Shown here piece after piece: positions 1-10,915 of a stretch of DNA of 45,521 bases. Both the position numbers and the translations under genes were made by a program. Positions within the stretch are counted from its first letter, which is position 1, and each line of letters starts with the position of its first letter. A model generated the notes under the pieces. That model searched no databases and was not told the origin of the DNA. It worked only from the letters and a program-made list of their open reading frames with translations. The stretch comes from Perkinsus olseni. Lineage: Eukaryota. The stretch spans positions 186,001-231,521 of the forward strand of contig JABANN010000002.1 in the NCBI GenBank assembly GCA_013115125.1. The letters run 5' to 3'.

Positions 1-183
1 AACCAGTAGGGTCGTCACCACGATGATGAGCAGGCCTAGGCCGCTAGCAGCGAGAGCTATCAAAGGCCAGGACGAGGGAGACAAGGAAATGGAGGTGAGT
101 AGGGCGGCAGTGAAGGCGACGATGACCAGAGCGCAGAGGGCGTAGGCTGCCACGCGAAGCCTTATAGAGGGAGCCGCAGCCAT
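1..183 (-). CDS. N-terminal part of a two-TM protein, probably a fifth member of the RING-H2 array (runs off the window)
   Basis: ATG at 183 opens MAAAPSIRLRVAAYALCALVIVAFTAALLTSISLSPSSWPLIALAASGLGLLIIVVTTLLV, open to base 1. It has two hydrophobic helices and the same strand and architecture as the four adjacent genes. The RING domain is not visible in the window. Confidence 0.6.
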   Translation of the reverse strand, partial: MAAAPSIRLRVAAYALCALVIVAFTAALLTSISLSPSSWPLIALAASGLGLLIIVVTTLLV

Positions 184-845
184 TAGGGATGAACAGAGTA
201 TCTCCCCTACGGAAAGAGAGGTGGGTTCGCCTGTGGGAGTGGCAACGCAACAGAGGACCACCGATAGCCTCCGAGACAACCGTTCTGCGATGAGTCATAG
301 AGAAAACGGAAACAACAGCAATTTGTCTAGACACGGTTAGAATAGCTTTTACTTACCTTCAAGGACGCTCGCGTTCGAACGAGAGCTTCTTGTCTTCAAT
401 TCCCTGCTCATCTGCTTCATCTGCAGCAGCAGTAGCATCATTGATGACCTGCAAGGAAGGGCGAGTCGGGGAAAGAGCGGTAGTCACTGTCGCCGGTGAC
501 ACAATGACTCGGTAAACAAGAGACTGTAAACTGTACACACCGCGATAGTGATGATGATGAACAACAACAAGAATAATAAATATTAAATAGTAAAGAGCAC
601 GGCCTTTCCGAAGTGAAAAAGGCCGGCCCGAACGATCATACCGTTGGCAAGCAGCTAACAGCAGCTTCCCACTCGACCAGGACTCATCAGCGACATCTCG
701 CAAACGACAGTACACGGGTTTCCAATGGAACTACGAACGTTCATATCGCATCAGTGACCGCCATAAAACAGCTCAAAGGAGCTGACGAAAACACTGCTGT
801 TCCGCGCACAACGACAAGGAGTCCATGGTCAAGTGGGGCCAGTAG

Positions 846-1424
846 TCACCAAATCCGCATCAGCTGTGTGTTCTGTCTCGGGTCCCTCGGCCCTGTCGTC
901 TCTCGCGGCCCAACTCGACTGCGACACATCGGACACTTCCGCTCATTGAAAGTTGACGCTGTGAAACACTCTCGAAAGCAGTCTTCGTGGAAGCGATGAC
1001 CACATGGCAACTCGAGAATAGCATCGCCTGGGTCGTATTCTGCCAGACAGATGGAACAGCAGCCGTGGCTGCTCTCAGCTGAGGCCTCTAAGTCATCCGG
1101 CGTCACCTGATACCGACTAGTCTTCTTCGACACCCAGTCCCTGAACTCATCGCTGTGGTCCGGTTCCTTGTGCCACTCCAACATCATCTCGTAGCGCGTG
1201 AAGGCCAGGATCGTGCAGGGAACCGCGACTCCCAGGATAGAGGCGTAGACCGCTATGAGCAGCCACAGTAATGCACCATGGCAGAAGAGGGCGAGCACAA
1301 TGCCAATGACAACGACTATGATCAGCCAGGCCAGCCAGAGCTTGAGGTACCCCCCTCGACCGAAGCTTCTAGCCAGCAATTCACCCCAGCCTGTATGCTG
1401 ACCCGCTGGCCGCTCGGATTCCAT
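846..1424 (-). CDS. Two-TM RING-H2 E3 ubiquitin ligase-like protein, intronless
   Basis: Two TM segments, then CSICLAEY...LPCGHRFHEDC...CPMCR (C3H2C3). First ATG is at 1424. Confidence 0.9.
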   Translation of the reverse strand: MESERPAGQHTGWGELLARSFGRGGYLKLWLAWLIIVVVIGIVLALFCHGALLWLLIAVYASILGVAVPCTILAFTRYEMMLEWHKEPDHSDEFRDWVSKKTSRYQVTPDDLEASAESSHGCCSICLAEYDPGDAILELPCGHRFHEDCFRECFTASTFNERKCPMCRSRVGPRETTGPRDPRQNTQLMRIW

Positions 1425-1787
1425 GATGAACGGGAAAAACACGACCGGCCTGGAACGACGGGGGTCACCTCCTGCACATCACACAACAGAAATAATTTTT
1501 CTATTGAAACACTCTGAGACTAACCTACTACTTAGGATCTAAAATACCGGATAAAATAGCCGCTCCTCCCACAGTCACATGCCGCAGTGGACAGCGGCCG
1601 ACTTGGAAGAGGTTCGATGAGAAGAATATTTGAAATTATGACATGACGACAGCGATAGTAGTGCAAGGAGTGCCCTCACGGAGTGCAGCAAAAAATGAAA
1701 ATTTACGACCGAGGTCTCGAGGGGCCCTCTGGTCTCCACAACGACAGAGATTTAATCGCGAATGTTGAGGCCGTACAAGATCCACGC

Positions 1788-2459
1788 TCAATTACCAACA
1801 CCACCATGAGCATCTTCGACGTCGTCCGAGCCGGAATCACGCTCCTCATCCCCACGATGAGGGTTCGAACCGATCTCATAGGAGCCGTCAAGACGTCTTC
1901 GCGGTAGCTTCGGTCCTAGCGTGGCCCGACACAGCGGACACCGATGTTGAGCTGCCTTGCGCCCTCGCGGCAGGCCATGGAAGCACTCGCCGAAGCATGC
2001 AATGTGAAACGCGTGGCTGCATGGCAGACTTCTGATTTCATCTCCAATTTCATATTCGCTGAGACAAATGGCGCAGCTTGCCTCCTCGCCACCTTCCACT
2101 GCTTCCAGCCTCCTTTCTTCTGTGAACTGATAGACGGCGGTTTCCTTGTCGACCCAGGCAACCCACTGAGTCTCGAAATCCTCCTCAACCGCGTCGTTGG
2201 CGCGTTCCCGAATGCGTTCGCTTTCGCTAGCCTTGGCGTACCCCAGGATCGCCAGGGCCGGGACGACGATGATGACAAGACTGTAGCCAGCTGTGAGCGC
2301 TAGCATGACTACTGGCTTGTCGGAAAGGACGCTCCAGACGATCAGTACGGCCATAATAATACCGCAGAGACTGGCCCACCATATCCAAGCACAGCGGTAC
2401 CGTCGCTGGAAGGCGGGATGATTCGCAAGACGTCGGCAGCAGGAGCAAGACAGTGCCAT
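1788..2459 (-). CDS. Two-TM RING-H2 E3 ubiquitin ligase-like protein, intronless
   Basis: Two TM segments; CAICLSEY...LPCSHAFHIAC...CPLCR. Confidence 0.92.
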   Translation of the reverse strand: MALSCSCCRRLANHPAFQRRYRCAWIWWASLCGIIMAVLIVWSVLSDKPVVMLALTAGYSLVIIVVPALAILGYAKASESERIRERANDAVEEDFETQWVAWVDKETAVYQFTEERRLEAVEGGEEASCAICLSEYEIGDEIRSLPCSHAFHIACFGECFHGLPRGRKAAQHRCPLCRATLGPKLPRRRLDGSYEIGSNPHRGDEERDSGSDDVEDAHGGVGN

Positions 2460-3242
2460 CGATGGACGAACAAAAGCTAGCTCATGGACAGTTCCGACAT
2501 ACTCTGTATCTTACGTGATCAACCCCAAAGATACCACCCAACTCAACAACCAGTCCCAGTAGCAACAGCGGCAACTGCCAGAAGAAACTCGAGGGCGCAA
2601 TACAAATCTTGGGGCGAATCATCGTTGCCCGATCTCAGACAAGAGCCTTCCTACGACCGACCACAGCGATAATAGAGCCCGACGGTGGAAGTATTTAAGA
2701 ACCGCCACCACGCGACCGCACTGGAAAATATCATTTCCGCAGCCGCAAATGAACAGAGCCGAACCTGGCCCGTTCAAGCGCCACCACGAAGCCTCTTGCA
2801 AGATTGCCGAGAGAAGTGCTGAACTATTAGCTCTGAGCAATACATTAGAAATATAGAAAGTTTGGACACCATCAACCACCCGACTACTACCACACTTCCG
2901 GCAACTCGCCCGTGTCAGTGATGAGTAGGGGGATATCCCAAAGGGGACCAGACAGCGACTAGATTACAGCGTGGCAGTCTACAATTACATCGGTGTTTTC
3001 ACCGCGCCACAAAATCCCAAAGAACAGCAGCAGACCGGCCCCCTAGGGACCGTCTAGTCTTATACAAATCATTTCTGATGGCATCCGGGAGGTCGGCGGC
3101 AACGCAACCTGAGGCGGCCTGTGCGCAACTGGTGAGCACAGGACAGTGAAAAGCGATAGCCTCGACCTCCCTCAGGTGTCTCTTGAACATCGTAATAGTA
3201 TACCAGATATCAGTAATAACAACAATTAATAAAGTACTCCTT

Positions 3243-3923
3243 CTAAACACTAACAGCAGTACTAGCTTCCGACACGCTGTGCGCACGGTTAACGGTAACA
3301 TCACCATCAGCAACAGCATCTCCACTACTATCATGACGTTTGGGAAGACTAGGACCCATTCGAGCACGGCAGAGCGGACACTGATGGTACTCTAAGGACG
3401 GACTACAGGGAACTCTATTGAAGCATGCGTCGAAGCACTCAGTGTGAAACTTATGACCGCATGGCAACACTCTGACGTTATCACCAACTTGAAAATCGTT
3501 AAGGCAAATAACACAACCACTGTTATCGCCTTCCTCCATGCAATCTTGGACGTCAGCATCGGACAGCGACGCAGTCTTCGTCTCCGAGGACACCCAAGAC
3601 GACCACTCCTTCAGGAAAGTCTTTTCGTACTTCTCACGCTTCTTCTCCGCCGAGTGACTCTGTTCCACCACATACGCGATAACAACAATCAGCACCGGCG
3701 GGAGGATGGTGACGACGCAGCCGTAGCAAATGAGAACACCCGCCCGCACCATTGCCGCGACGCCAAGTTCCGCAGGCCACAACACACACATCAATATAAA
3801 CGTCACAATCAATAGCATGTAGACGCCCCAGGATATCAGGTAGCGCTTCCGGGAGAAGGAGGGCTCTACAAAATGAAGTACTTTAGTGCAGCACAGGTTA
3901 CGTGCATGACGATTAGTTGACAT
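3243..3923 (-). CDS. Two-TM RING-H2 E3 ubiquitin ligase-like protein, intronless
   Basis: Two TM segments; CVICLNDF...LPCGHKFHTEC...CPLCR. First ATG is at 3923. Confidence 0.92.
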   Translation of the reverse strand: MSTNRHARNLCCTKVLHFVEPSFSRKRYLISWGVYMLLIVTFILMCVLWPAELGVAAMVRAGVLICYGCVVTILPPVLIVVIAYVVEQSHSAEKKREKYEKTFLKEWSSWVSSETKTASLSDADVQDCMEEGDNSGCVICLNDFQVGDNVRVLPCGHKFHTECFDACFNRVPCSPSLEYHQCPLCRARMGPSLPKRHDSSGDAVADGDVTVNRAHSVSEASTAVSV

Positions 3924-4353
3924 CGTGAAAACTAAGACTGCGAAAGCAATGACCAATCTTCACCCCGACACAAGACATCGAAGACCGATCCGGCCGAAGA
4001 AACAATTATCATCAGTACAACACTCTCTTGAAGAGGCCATCATCGTCGTCGTCGAGTAGTGTAAGAACATTAATATGAGGAAGTGTACAGGGGAATCGTT
4101 AACATGGTACGCGAACCCCTTCTTAGCTCGAGTGTTGTAGATCGAAGAGAAAGGTAGAATACAGCAATGGGCTAAATGGTGGATGCGGACAGCAGCGATG
4201 GTGACACAACGACTTCTCATCGAGCCTCGCACAGACTTGCGAGAGAGAAAAACTCGAGTCAGAAAGTCAAAGTCAACAACAGAACATCCACAGACAGAAA
4301 CGTATGCTTATCAGGAATAACTACAACTGAAGCTGCTCAGAGGTAGAAGAGCT

Positions 4354-4878
4354 TTACACCACAGAAATCGCGTCCGACTCCTCAGGACTGACCAGCAGAG
4401 GCCCTAGATCACGACGACACAAAGGACACTTGTGGCACCGTCCCGGAGGAGGTAGCGTGGAGACGAAACAACCGTCGAAGCACCGAACGTGGAACATGTG
4501 CTTACACGGAAGGCCGCGGACTTGCTGACCAGGGAGGAAGTCGGAGAGGCATATCGCGCAGCTGCCCTCGTCCACACTCGTCACGTAGGTGTTGCTCTTC
4601 TGCCACTTCAGCCACTCGCCGCGGAACTCGCTCGGACTAGCCGTGCCCATCAGTCTCCGCTCTTGCTTTGCCTTACGACGTGCGTACCAGCAAATGATGA
4701 TGGGCGGTAGTAGGAGGAGGGCGAAGACGTAGACGAAAGAGATGAGAAGCCTCATGTTAGTGCCCGAGCTAGGGAAGAAGAAGATCCCCGCCGTAAACAG
4801 CAGCACTAGGACTATCCAACCAATCCATACAGGTAGGTAGCGTCGAGAGAATGCCGGATGGCGAAATCGAGACAGCAT
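4354..4878 (-). CDS. Two-TM RING-H2 E3 ubiquitin ligase-like protein, intronless
   Basis: MLSRFRHPAFSRRY... two TM segments; CAICLSDF...LPCKHMFHVRC...CPLCR. Confidence 0.9.
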   Translation of the reverse strand: MLSRFRHPAFSRRYLPVWIGWIVLVLLFTAGIFFFPSSGTNMRLLISFVYVFALLLLPPIIICWYARRKAKQERRLMGTASPSEFRGEWLKWQKSNTYVTSVDEGSCAICLSDFLPGQQVRGLPCKHMFHVRCFDGCFVSTLPPPGRCHKCPLCRRDLGPLLVSPEESDAISVV

Positions 4879-5636
4879 TTGGTATCCGAAGGTGAAACGG
4901 TGGAAACTGCACTGCAAAGATTCCCTTTCTGTAAACCATTCCCCTCCAGGAATAGAAGGTCCCTCGAACGCCGTCCTTACCCTCAACCCGATACGAATTG
5001 TTGTGAGGTAGGGCCCTGAATTCACTACACATTTATACTCATTCCTAACTCGGGCTACAGCAACGTTCCTACGAGAATCCTGAGCCGGTTAGACTAGGTG
5101 CTTAAACCTAAGAACCATCTTCTTCAACGAGGACAGCGCAAGAAGGCCAGTGTGAGCAGGATGCGTAAGCTATTCCTCCTGATTCTCTGGGAGTGTTCAA
5201 TAAACTCATTCTGAGACTCAGAGTCGATTCCCGAAACACATTCTACGCATGAAAATCCAGTCTCAAATCCCATCGAATCCGAGTTTGAGAATTAATTCTT
5301 CGAAGAGGAAAGCTTTTCAAGATTCGCGGTTTTTATGAACAATACAAAAAAACCGTTAGCGGATCCACCATTACATTTCCTACAAGCCCATCCCTTCCCA
5401 ACATGAGCTGTCCATTTTCAAATAGAGTTTCACTTTCTCCCAAGTCTCGAAAAATCACGCAGAGGACGACGAGTTTGAACGAAGCAGCCGGGATGCAATT
5501 AAAGTCGAGAGAAATGCCTCGCCCGGAAATCGATCCGGCAGCCTCACAAAATCTTGCAATCTTGCGATACCTCAAATATATTCGGTGCCGACGGTTTCCA
5601 CCATCCTGATCGCACACACAACCCTTTTAATCCACG

Positions 5637-6358
5637 ATGCTCCATCAAACGCTCATTCTCTCTGCCCTTGGGATTATCGCCGCCATCAAGCGCAGCAGCG
5701 GAGCCCAACAGCACCTCGTAAGTCCCTCGCTGTGCATTGATTTCCTACCGGTCGTCCGTCCACCGGGAAGGCCCTTCGACGTCGGTTCGTTCTTCCTCAG
5801 CTCGCCGCCACCGACTCCTTGCTTGATGCCATTGAGAAGACCGAAGACGCCATTGACGACCAAATGCTGGTAAGGGGACTTACATACCAGCGACCTCGTA
5901 CCTCTTTGGACTGCTCTTCGAACGCCCGACCCTGTCCGCTTCCATCAACTCGCCCCAGGCCGCTTCGCTGTGGCCACTATGATCGCATTATGGTCGAGCC
6001 TTCTGTAGAATCGTGCAACCCCTTGATGTAGCACCAGTTGCTCCCAGCCATTCTCGCTTCGTATCAGGCAGTCGTCGAAAGCTCGCTCAACAGCGACCGA
6101 CCTGCGCCGATCGATTTCGCGCAGCACATGTCGTCCCTCCTCGGCCAGCCTATGGCTCCCGTGGCGGTCTCCGAGTCCTCAGTAGACCCCGTCAAACCTG
6201 AGAGGTGCCCTTCCACGCCTCTATCGCTTCCCATTGACAACAGTTCTTCAGGACCGTCAGTGAGAACACCGGACTCGGAGTCAGCCTGGATGTCGCCAAC
6301 ATCGTCCTCTTTCTCGGGATGCTTCTTATCGGAGTCACTCTGGGCGTCGCTGCCGTAA
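5637..6358 (+). CDS. Hypothetical protein, 3 exons (5637-5717, 5801-5869, 6032-6358)
   Basis: GTAAGT..CAG and GTAAGG..TAG phase-0 introns join into one open frame with a Ser/Pro-rich tail. No recognised domain. Confidence 0.6.
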
Positions 6359-7863
6359 CAATTTGCAACAGCAATCGCGTTCTACTTGTTCCGAATTTTA
6401 GGTGGCCTATCGCGAGAAGGTTATCGCTTGTTTGGAGTCTCTCCCGCTCAGCAAGAAGTCGAGGAAGCTTTACATGAGTCGCCGCGAGGTAGCCCCCGAT
6501 AGACCTAGCCGACTCTCCAAGTTTCCCATCAGACATTCCGGAAGGCGGCCAATCCTCCCTTCTTGCAGCCAGCTCCGATGACAGAGTCTCCTGTAGAGAG
6601 CGCCTGAGTCGGCCTGCCGCCGCTGTGTCATAACCAGCGCGGTTCTATCATGCAAACATGATACCCTTTATACTGTTGTTCATGGACTCATGAAATCATG
6701 AGCCTCGAGGAAACTCGTTGTCTGAAGACTCAGATGTTTTTTGTTTCGAGTTTCCGTAGGCGGCCGGAGGAAACTACGATTGTACCGCTACGCACACATC
6801 CGCTAGGAGAGTTCAACATCGTTACGATGAGGGGAAATTCGTTGAACATGAGTGAGGAATCAATGTACTGGAGAGCCTGACGCGTTATCGCTTTCGAACT
6901 GACTGATCATATTCACGGCCCAAGCATCGTACCTCCACTAACAATGGGTCCTGCCGGGCAGTGAGGGGCCGTATCTCAAAATCCCAACGCGGTGCATCGA
7001 CGAGGAGTTCGCCCTTCCACAGTTCAACTCGGCGCCCATGGCATAGGATCCAGGCTGTCCAGAGTCATCTACAGTGGTTCGTGCGTTATATTCACAGTAA
7101 TGGCATCAATACGTGAGCTGGGATAGCAAGGGAGACAGTCATTGTGACTGAGTCACAAAAGGAATCATAGAGCGTCCGGCCTCGGGGAGAAGAGGGACGT
7201 GCCAGGCGACAGGTATTTCAAGGTTCGCCTGTTAGGGACCGACTTACTAAGAACACAACATCCGACTTTTACCATATGGAATCCAATCTCTCGTGGGTGT
7301 GAATTCAAAGTCAAACCTCGACAGTACGGGTTAGTCAGACTAGCATCACCGATGAATCTCTCTGTGAGGGTTCAGTTTAGCCTGTTGACTAGGCCCTGTT
7401 GATCAAGCCAGGAATGTTGCTCACAGAGCGAGGTCATCGTCAGCTGGGGGACTTTCTCTCCTCCCGGCGGAGTCCGCAGTCCAAATTCATCCATGAATTA
7501 GATGTCGATATAGTAACTACTCGAAATGACCTAAACTTACAATCTCATTGCCATCCGAGACTCAGCTCCTTATCGGAGGAGAGGATCTCGTCATCGACTC
7601 CGATAGATCAGATGACCTCCGATCGCTGCCCGGCCGTTTGATCCGATCTCCACCATAAACCGCAACCAACTTGGCCGAGGATTTGAAAAAGACTCTTCCC
7701 CCATCGACTTGGACATCCAGACACACCGGGCCTTCGAGAGCATCGAGCCCCGGCAGAACTTCGCCCAAGGGTGTAAGTTACCCCATCGAATAAATATGCC
7801 GAATCCTGCTCCTCCGACTATCACAACTAAACACACTAGGCCCCAGCAAACAGTGAATTAGCA

Positions 7864-10739
7864 TTATGCCCCGGCAGAACTGAGGCGACCGAGGAGTTCC
7901 TTCACTCTGCCATTCCCAGTGGAATCTAAGGTCGCCTCGAGCCTCTTCCAAGCTTCCCTCAGCACGTCAGGAGGGACCTCGCTGCAAACTTGTGCCATCA
8001 ACGACCGAAGAACTTCCTGCTTCGTAGTGAACACCATCGCACACAACGCACAGCGAAGAATATCTTGCGTTTCTGCCGCTGTCGCCGCGCCCAGGAATCC
8101 TCCAGAAACAGCTAGCCCCAAAGCGTAACCTAGCAACTCCGTCCCTCTGGTCTCGCAGGCCCTTCGAAACGTCGCCAGAAAGATCATCTTCAACTCATCC
8201 TTCGACGGCCCGTCCTCTCCTCCAGAAACCGCCATCGTCAGCTTGGTGTAGCACTGCGCGATCTCCCCCAAGGACCCTTCCTCCAGAAGCAACATCATCC
8301 TCTCAATAACACCCAGGGCCGAGGAGACTGCGGTCGGAGGGCCGCCATCCCGTCGCCACCGGCTGAGTTCCTTCTCCGCTTTAGCCCTCGCCGCTGCGTG
8401 CTCCAGCTGCGCTCGATTGGACTTCTCGAGTAACTCACAGACCCTCTGATACTCCCGATGAAGCTCCTCGTAGCTCTTCCGTAGCTCCTCCAGTTCCTTC
8501 TTAGATTCCGGTTTTTCTGTCTGTGCCTTGGCCGTGAGCACCGGCAAGACAATCGACTCCTCGTCCGCCGACAAACTCTCCTTCCCTCTCGACTTCGGCG
8601 TCGCCTCAGCACCATCCACAAGTTCCCTCGCCAATCTTCGTATCTTCGGTGGGACTCCCAGGGCGTTCACAACATGACAGCGCAGCCAGGGACGGACCGA
8701 CGGCACCTAGCGGAAAACCTATGCCGTGCGCTGCCGGCGTATCTTCTCACCTTGTCAATGATACTAGAGCCAACCCGAACCATCACTTCAACTGCCACCT
8801 TCTGTGCCGCCAGAGCCTGCCAAGTCGCAGAGGCCGCCGCCGGGGACTTCATCTCGGCGACGTCCGTAACAACCGGAACGACAACGCTGGACGGGAAGCC
8901 TACTAACGCCGGGAGTAGTCGTTTAATAAGCAGTGACGAGGCCAGAGGCCCAGTAGAGGCTATCAACTCCCTAGCCACCATCGCAGCAGCTCGGGGAAGA
9001 GCCATCGGGGGACCCCTGTACGAGGGCTCCGCCAGCAAGTCCAGCACTAAGAAGGGATAGGGGATCTGCTGCACCTCGCTCGGGTGCCTGATGTCTCGAA
9101 GCTGGCCCTTCTCGCGCTGTTGCTTGACCACCAACTCCACGTAGGTGATCAGAGACTCTCTAGCGATCCTCAGATGATCGGCGAGTCGCCCCAGACCAGC
9201 AACCTGGTCATTCCCTCGCTTCACGCCAGACACAATTTGTGCTACTTTCCTGACCGCAACCTGACAGCTGGTCTGAGTCTCCGGATCATCACACGCCGCC
9301 AAGGGGTCGCCGATGGACGGCTTTCTCCGTGCTCCCGCGCCAAGGCCAAGCGTCCCTCGCTCAGGTGGCGGCGGTTTCAACTTCCTCTCTTCCACTGTGT
9401 CATCTCTCGTCTCCAGCTCCGTCGGCGCGAACCAGGGCAGGAATCTTTCTAGCTCCTTCTCGACCGCCAAAGGGTATCCTGCAACAGGGGCCTTGATGAT
9501 CACGCCGTCCCCAGGCTCAAGAGTTGCACGCAGCAACCTAAGATACCCTCCAATTTTGTGGCGCGGTGACGATCGTACCGCAGCCAGCAAGCTCTCCAGA
9601 AACCTCCCCACACCAACACTCTCGACCGCCGCTTGCACCCCCTTCTCAACCCCTTCAACCCGCCCGGCCAGTTCCGTCACCGCCCCGACTAACTCCTCCA
9701 CCGTACCTTCTCGTAGCCTTTCCCAATGGTCTTCCTTGTTTTCGCTCTCAGACTCCACCTCAGGGGAGTACGGTCGAGTTTCTGTCGATTCGCCTTCCGA
9801 ACTTTTCCTACGATTTTCCGAGACGCCAAGAGCGCTCAAACGGTGGCCTTCGCTGAGGATGGGAAGAAGGGCCTGCCCGCCCACCGGCAGCTCAACCGAC
9901 GTGACAGCGACTGGGCCAGACGCCGCACCTGCAAGGGCCTTGTACGCTGCAGCCCACAGTTCTTCAAGATCCTGCGCCCCTTCGATACTATTTTTCAGTT
10001 TTTCCATCAGTTCCGCCATCTCCTCACTCAGCTCAATCGCGCTTGCCCGACCTATTGCCAACAACACGGCCCTCACAACCTCATGGGAGTCGCTCTCCGT
10101 CTGCGTGAAGCGCAGCAGCTCCAAGACCACTTCCTCACGCGGAACATCAGCGCCCCCACCACCCAGCCTAACCCCCGCAGCCTCAATAACAGTCACGATG
10201 CCGTCTCCCGCTCCCCTCAGCCCCTCCCGTAACTCCACCAACTCCGTCAAAGTCTCGCTCCACTCCTTCGAGAGAATGGTACTCAATATGGCGTCCGACA
10301 CAGGAGCCGCTTTTATCGGAGAACACACATTAGTATCCGAAGGTTGATGCTGGGTCCAGTCCGTCGACAAAGACTGCCTCAACTCGGTATCACTAGTCCG
10401 CTCCGTCCGTCGCTCCCTCGAGCCAGAACCCTCCCCAGCTAGCCGGGTATTCTCCAATCCCGCCGTTCCAAACTCCACCGTAGCGTTCTCTGTCTCACTC
10501 GATTGAGTTTGGGCGAAGCGGTCCTCAGACGTCCCCACCTCCGCTTCGCCAGATTCCACCTTCTCGCCCCCGTCAAAGTCGAAATCAAGCCAAGAGGCAC
10601 TAACCGGGGACTGATGGGAAGCCGGCTGCCCTGAGTTGCTCGACGGAGATGGTGCAGCTGTAGTCAGAGCAGCCCTGGTCGGAGTGTCCGATCTCCGCTG
10701 CGACGCCGGACTGACGTACTTCGGCGGGTGGCTCCTCAT
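7864..10739 (-). CDS. Large hypothetical protein (~943 aa), 2 exons; low-complexity N-terminus, helical and coiled-coil C-terminal part
   Basis: The 690-aa and 280-aa ORFs join in frame after removing a 44-nt GTGAG..CTAG intron (8707-8750). Confidence 0.75.
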
Positions 10740-10915
10740 GGGCCGAAATCACACTGCCTCGATCGACCGATTAAATTGACTCAACCAGCGCCACCCAAAT
10801 TGAAGGGAAACGTTAATGACTCTCGCGAGAAGACGACAAACTCTCAAGTTTAGAGCACCTGTAAACAACAGCGGAGCGAAGCGTTTCACAAATGACAAAA
10901 ATCCTTCCCTTTGCC

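Noticed and set aside
8667-8750. Apparent frameshift between the 690-aa and 280-aa ORFs
   Set aside because: Explained by a canonical 44-nt intron.
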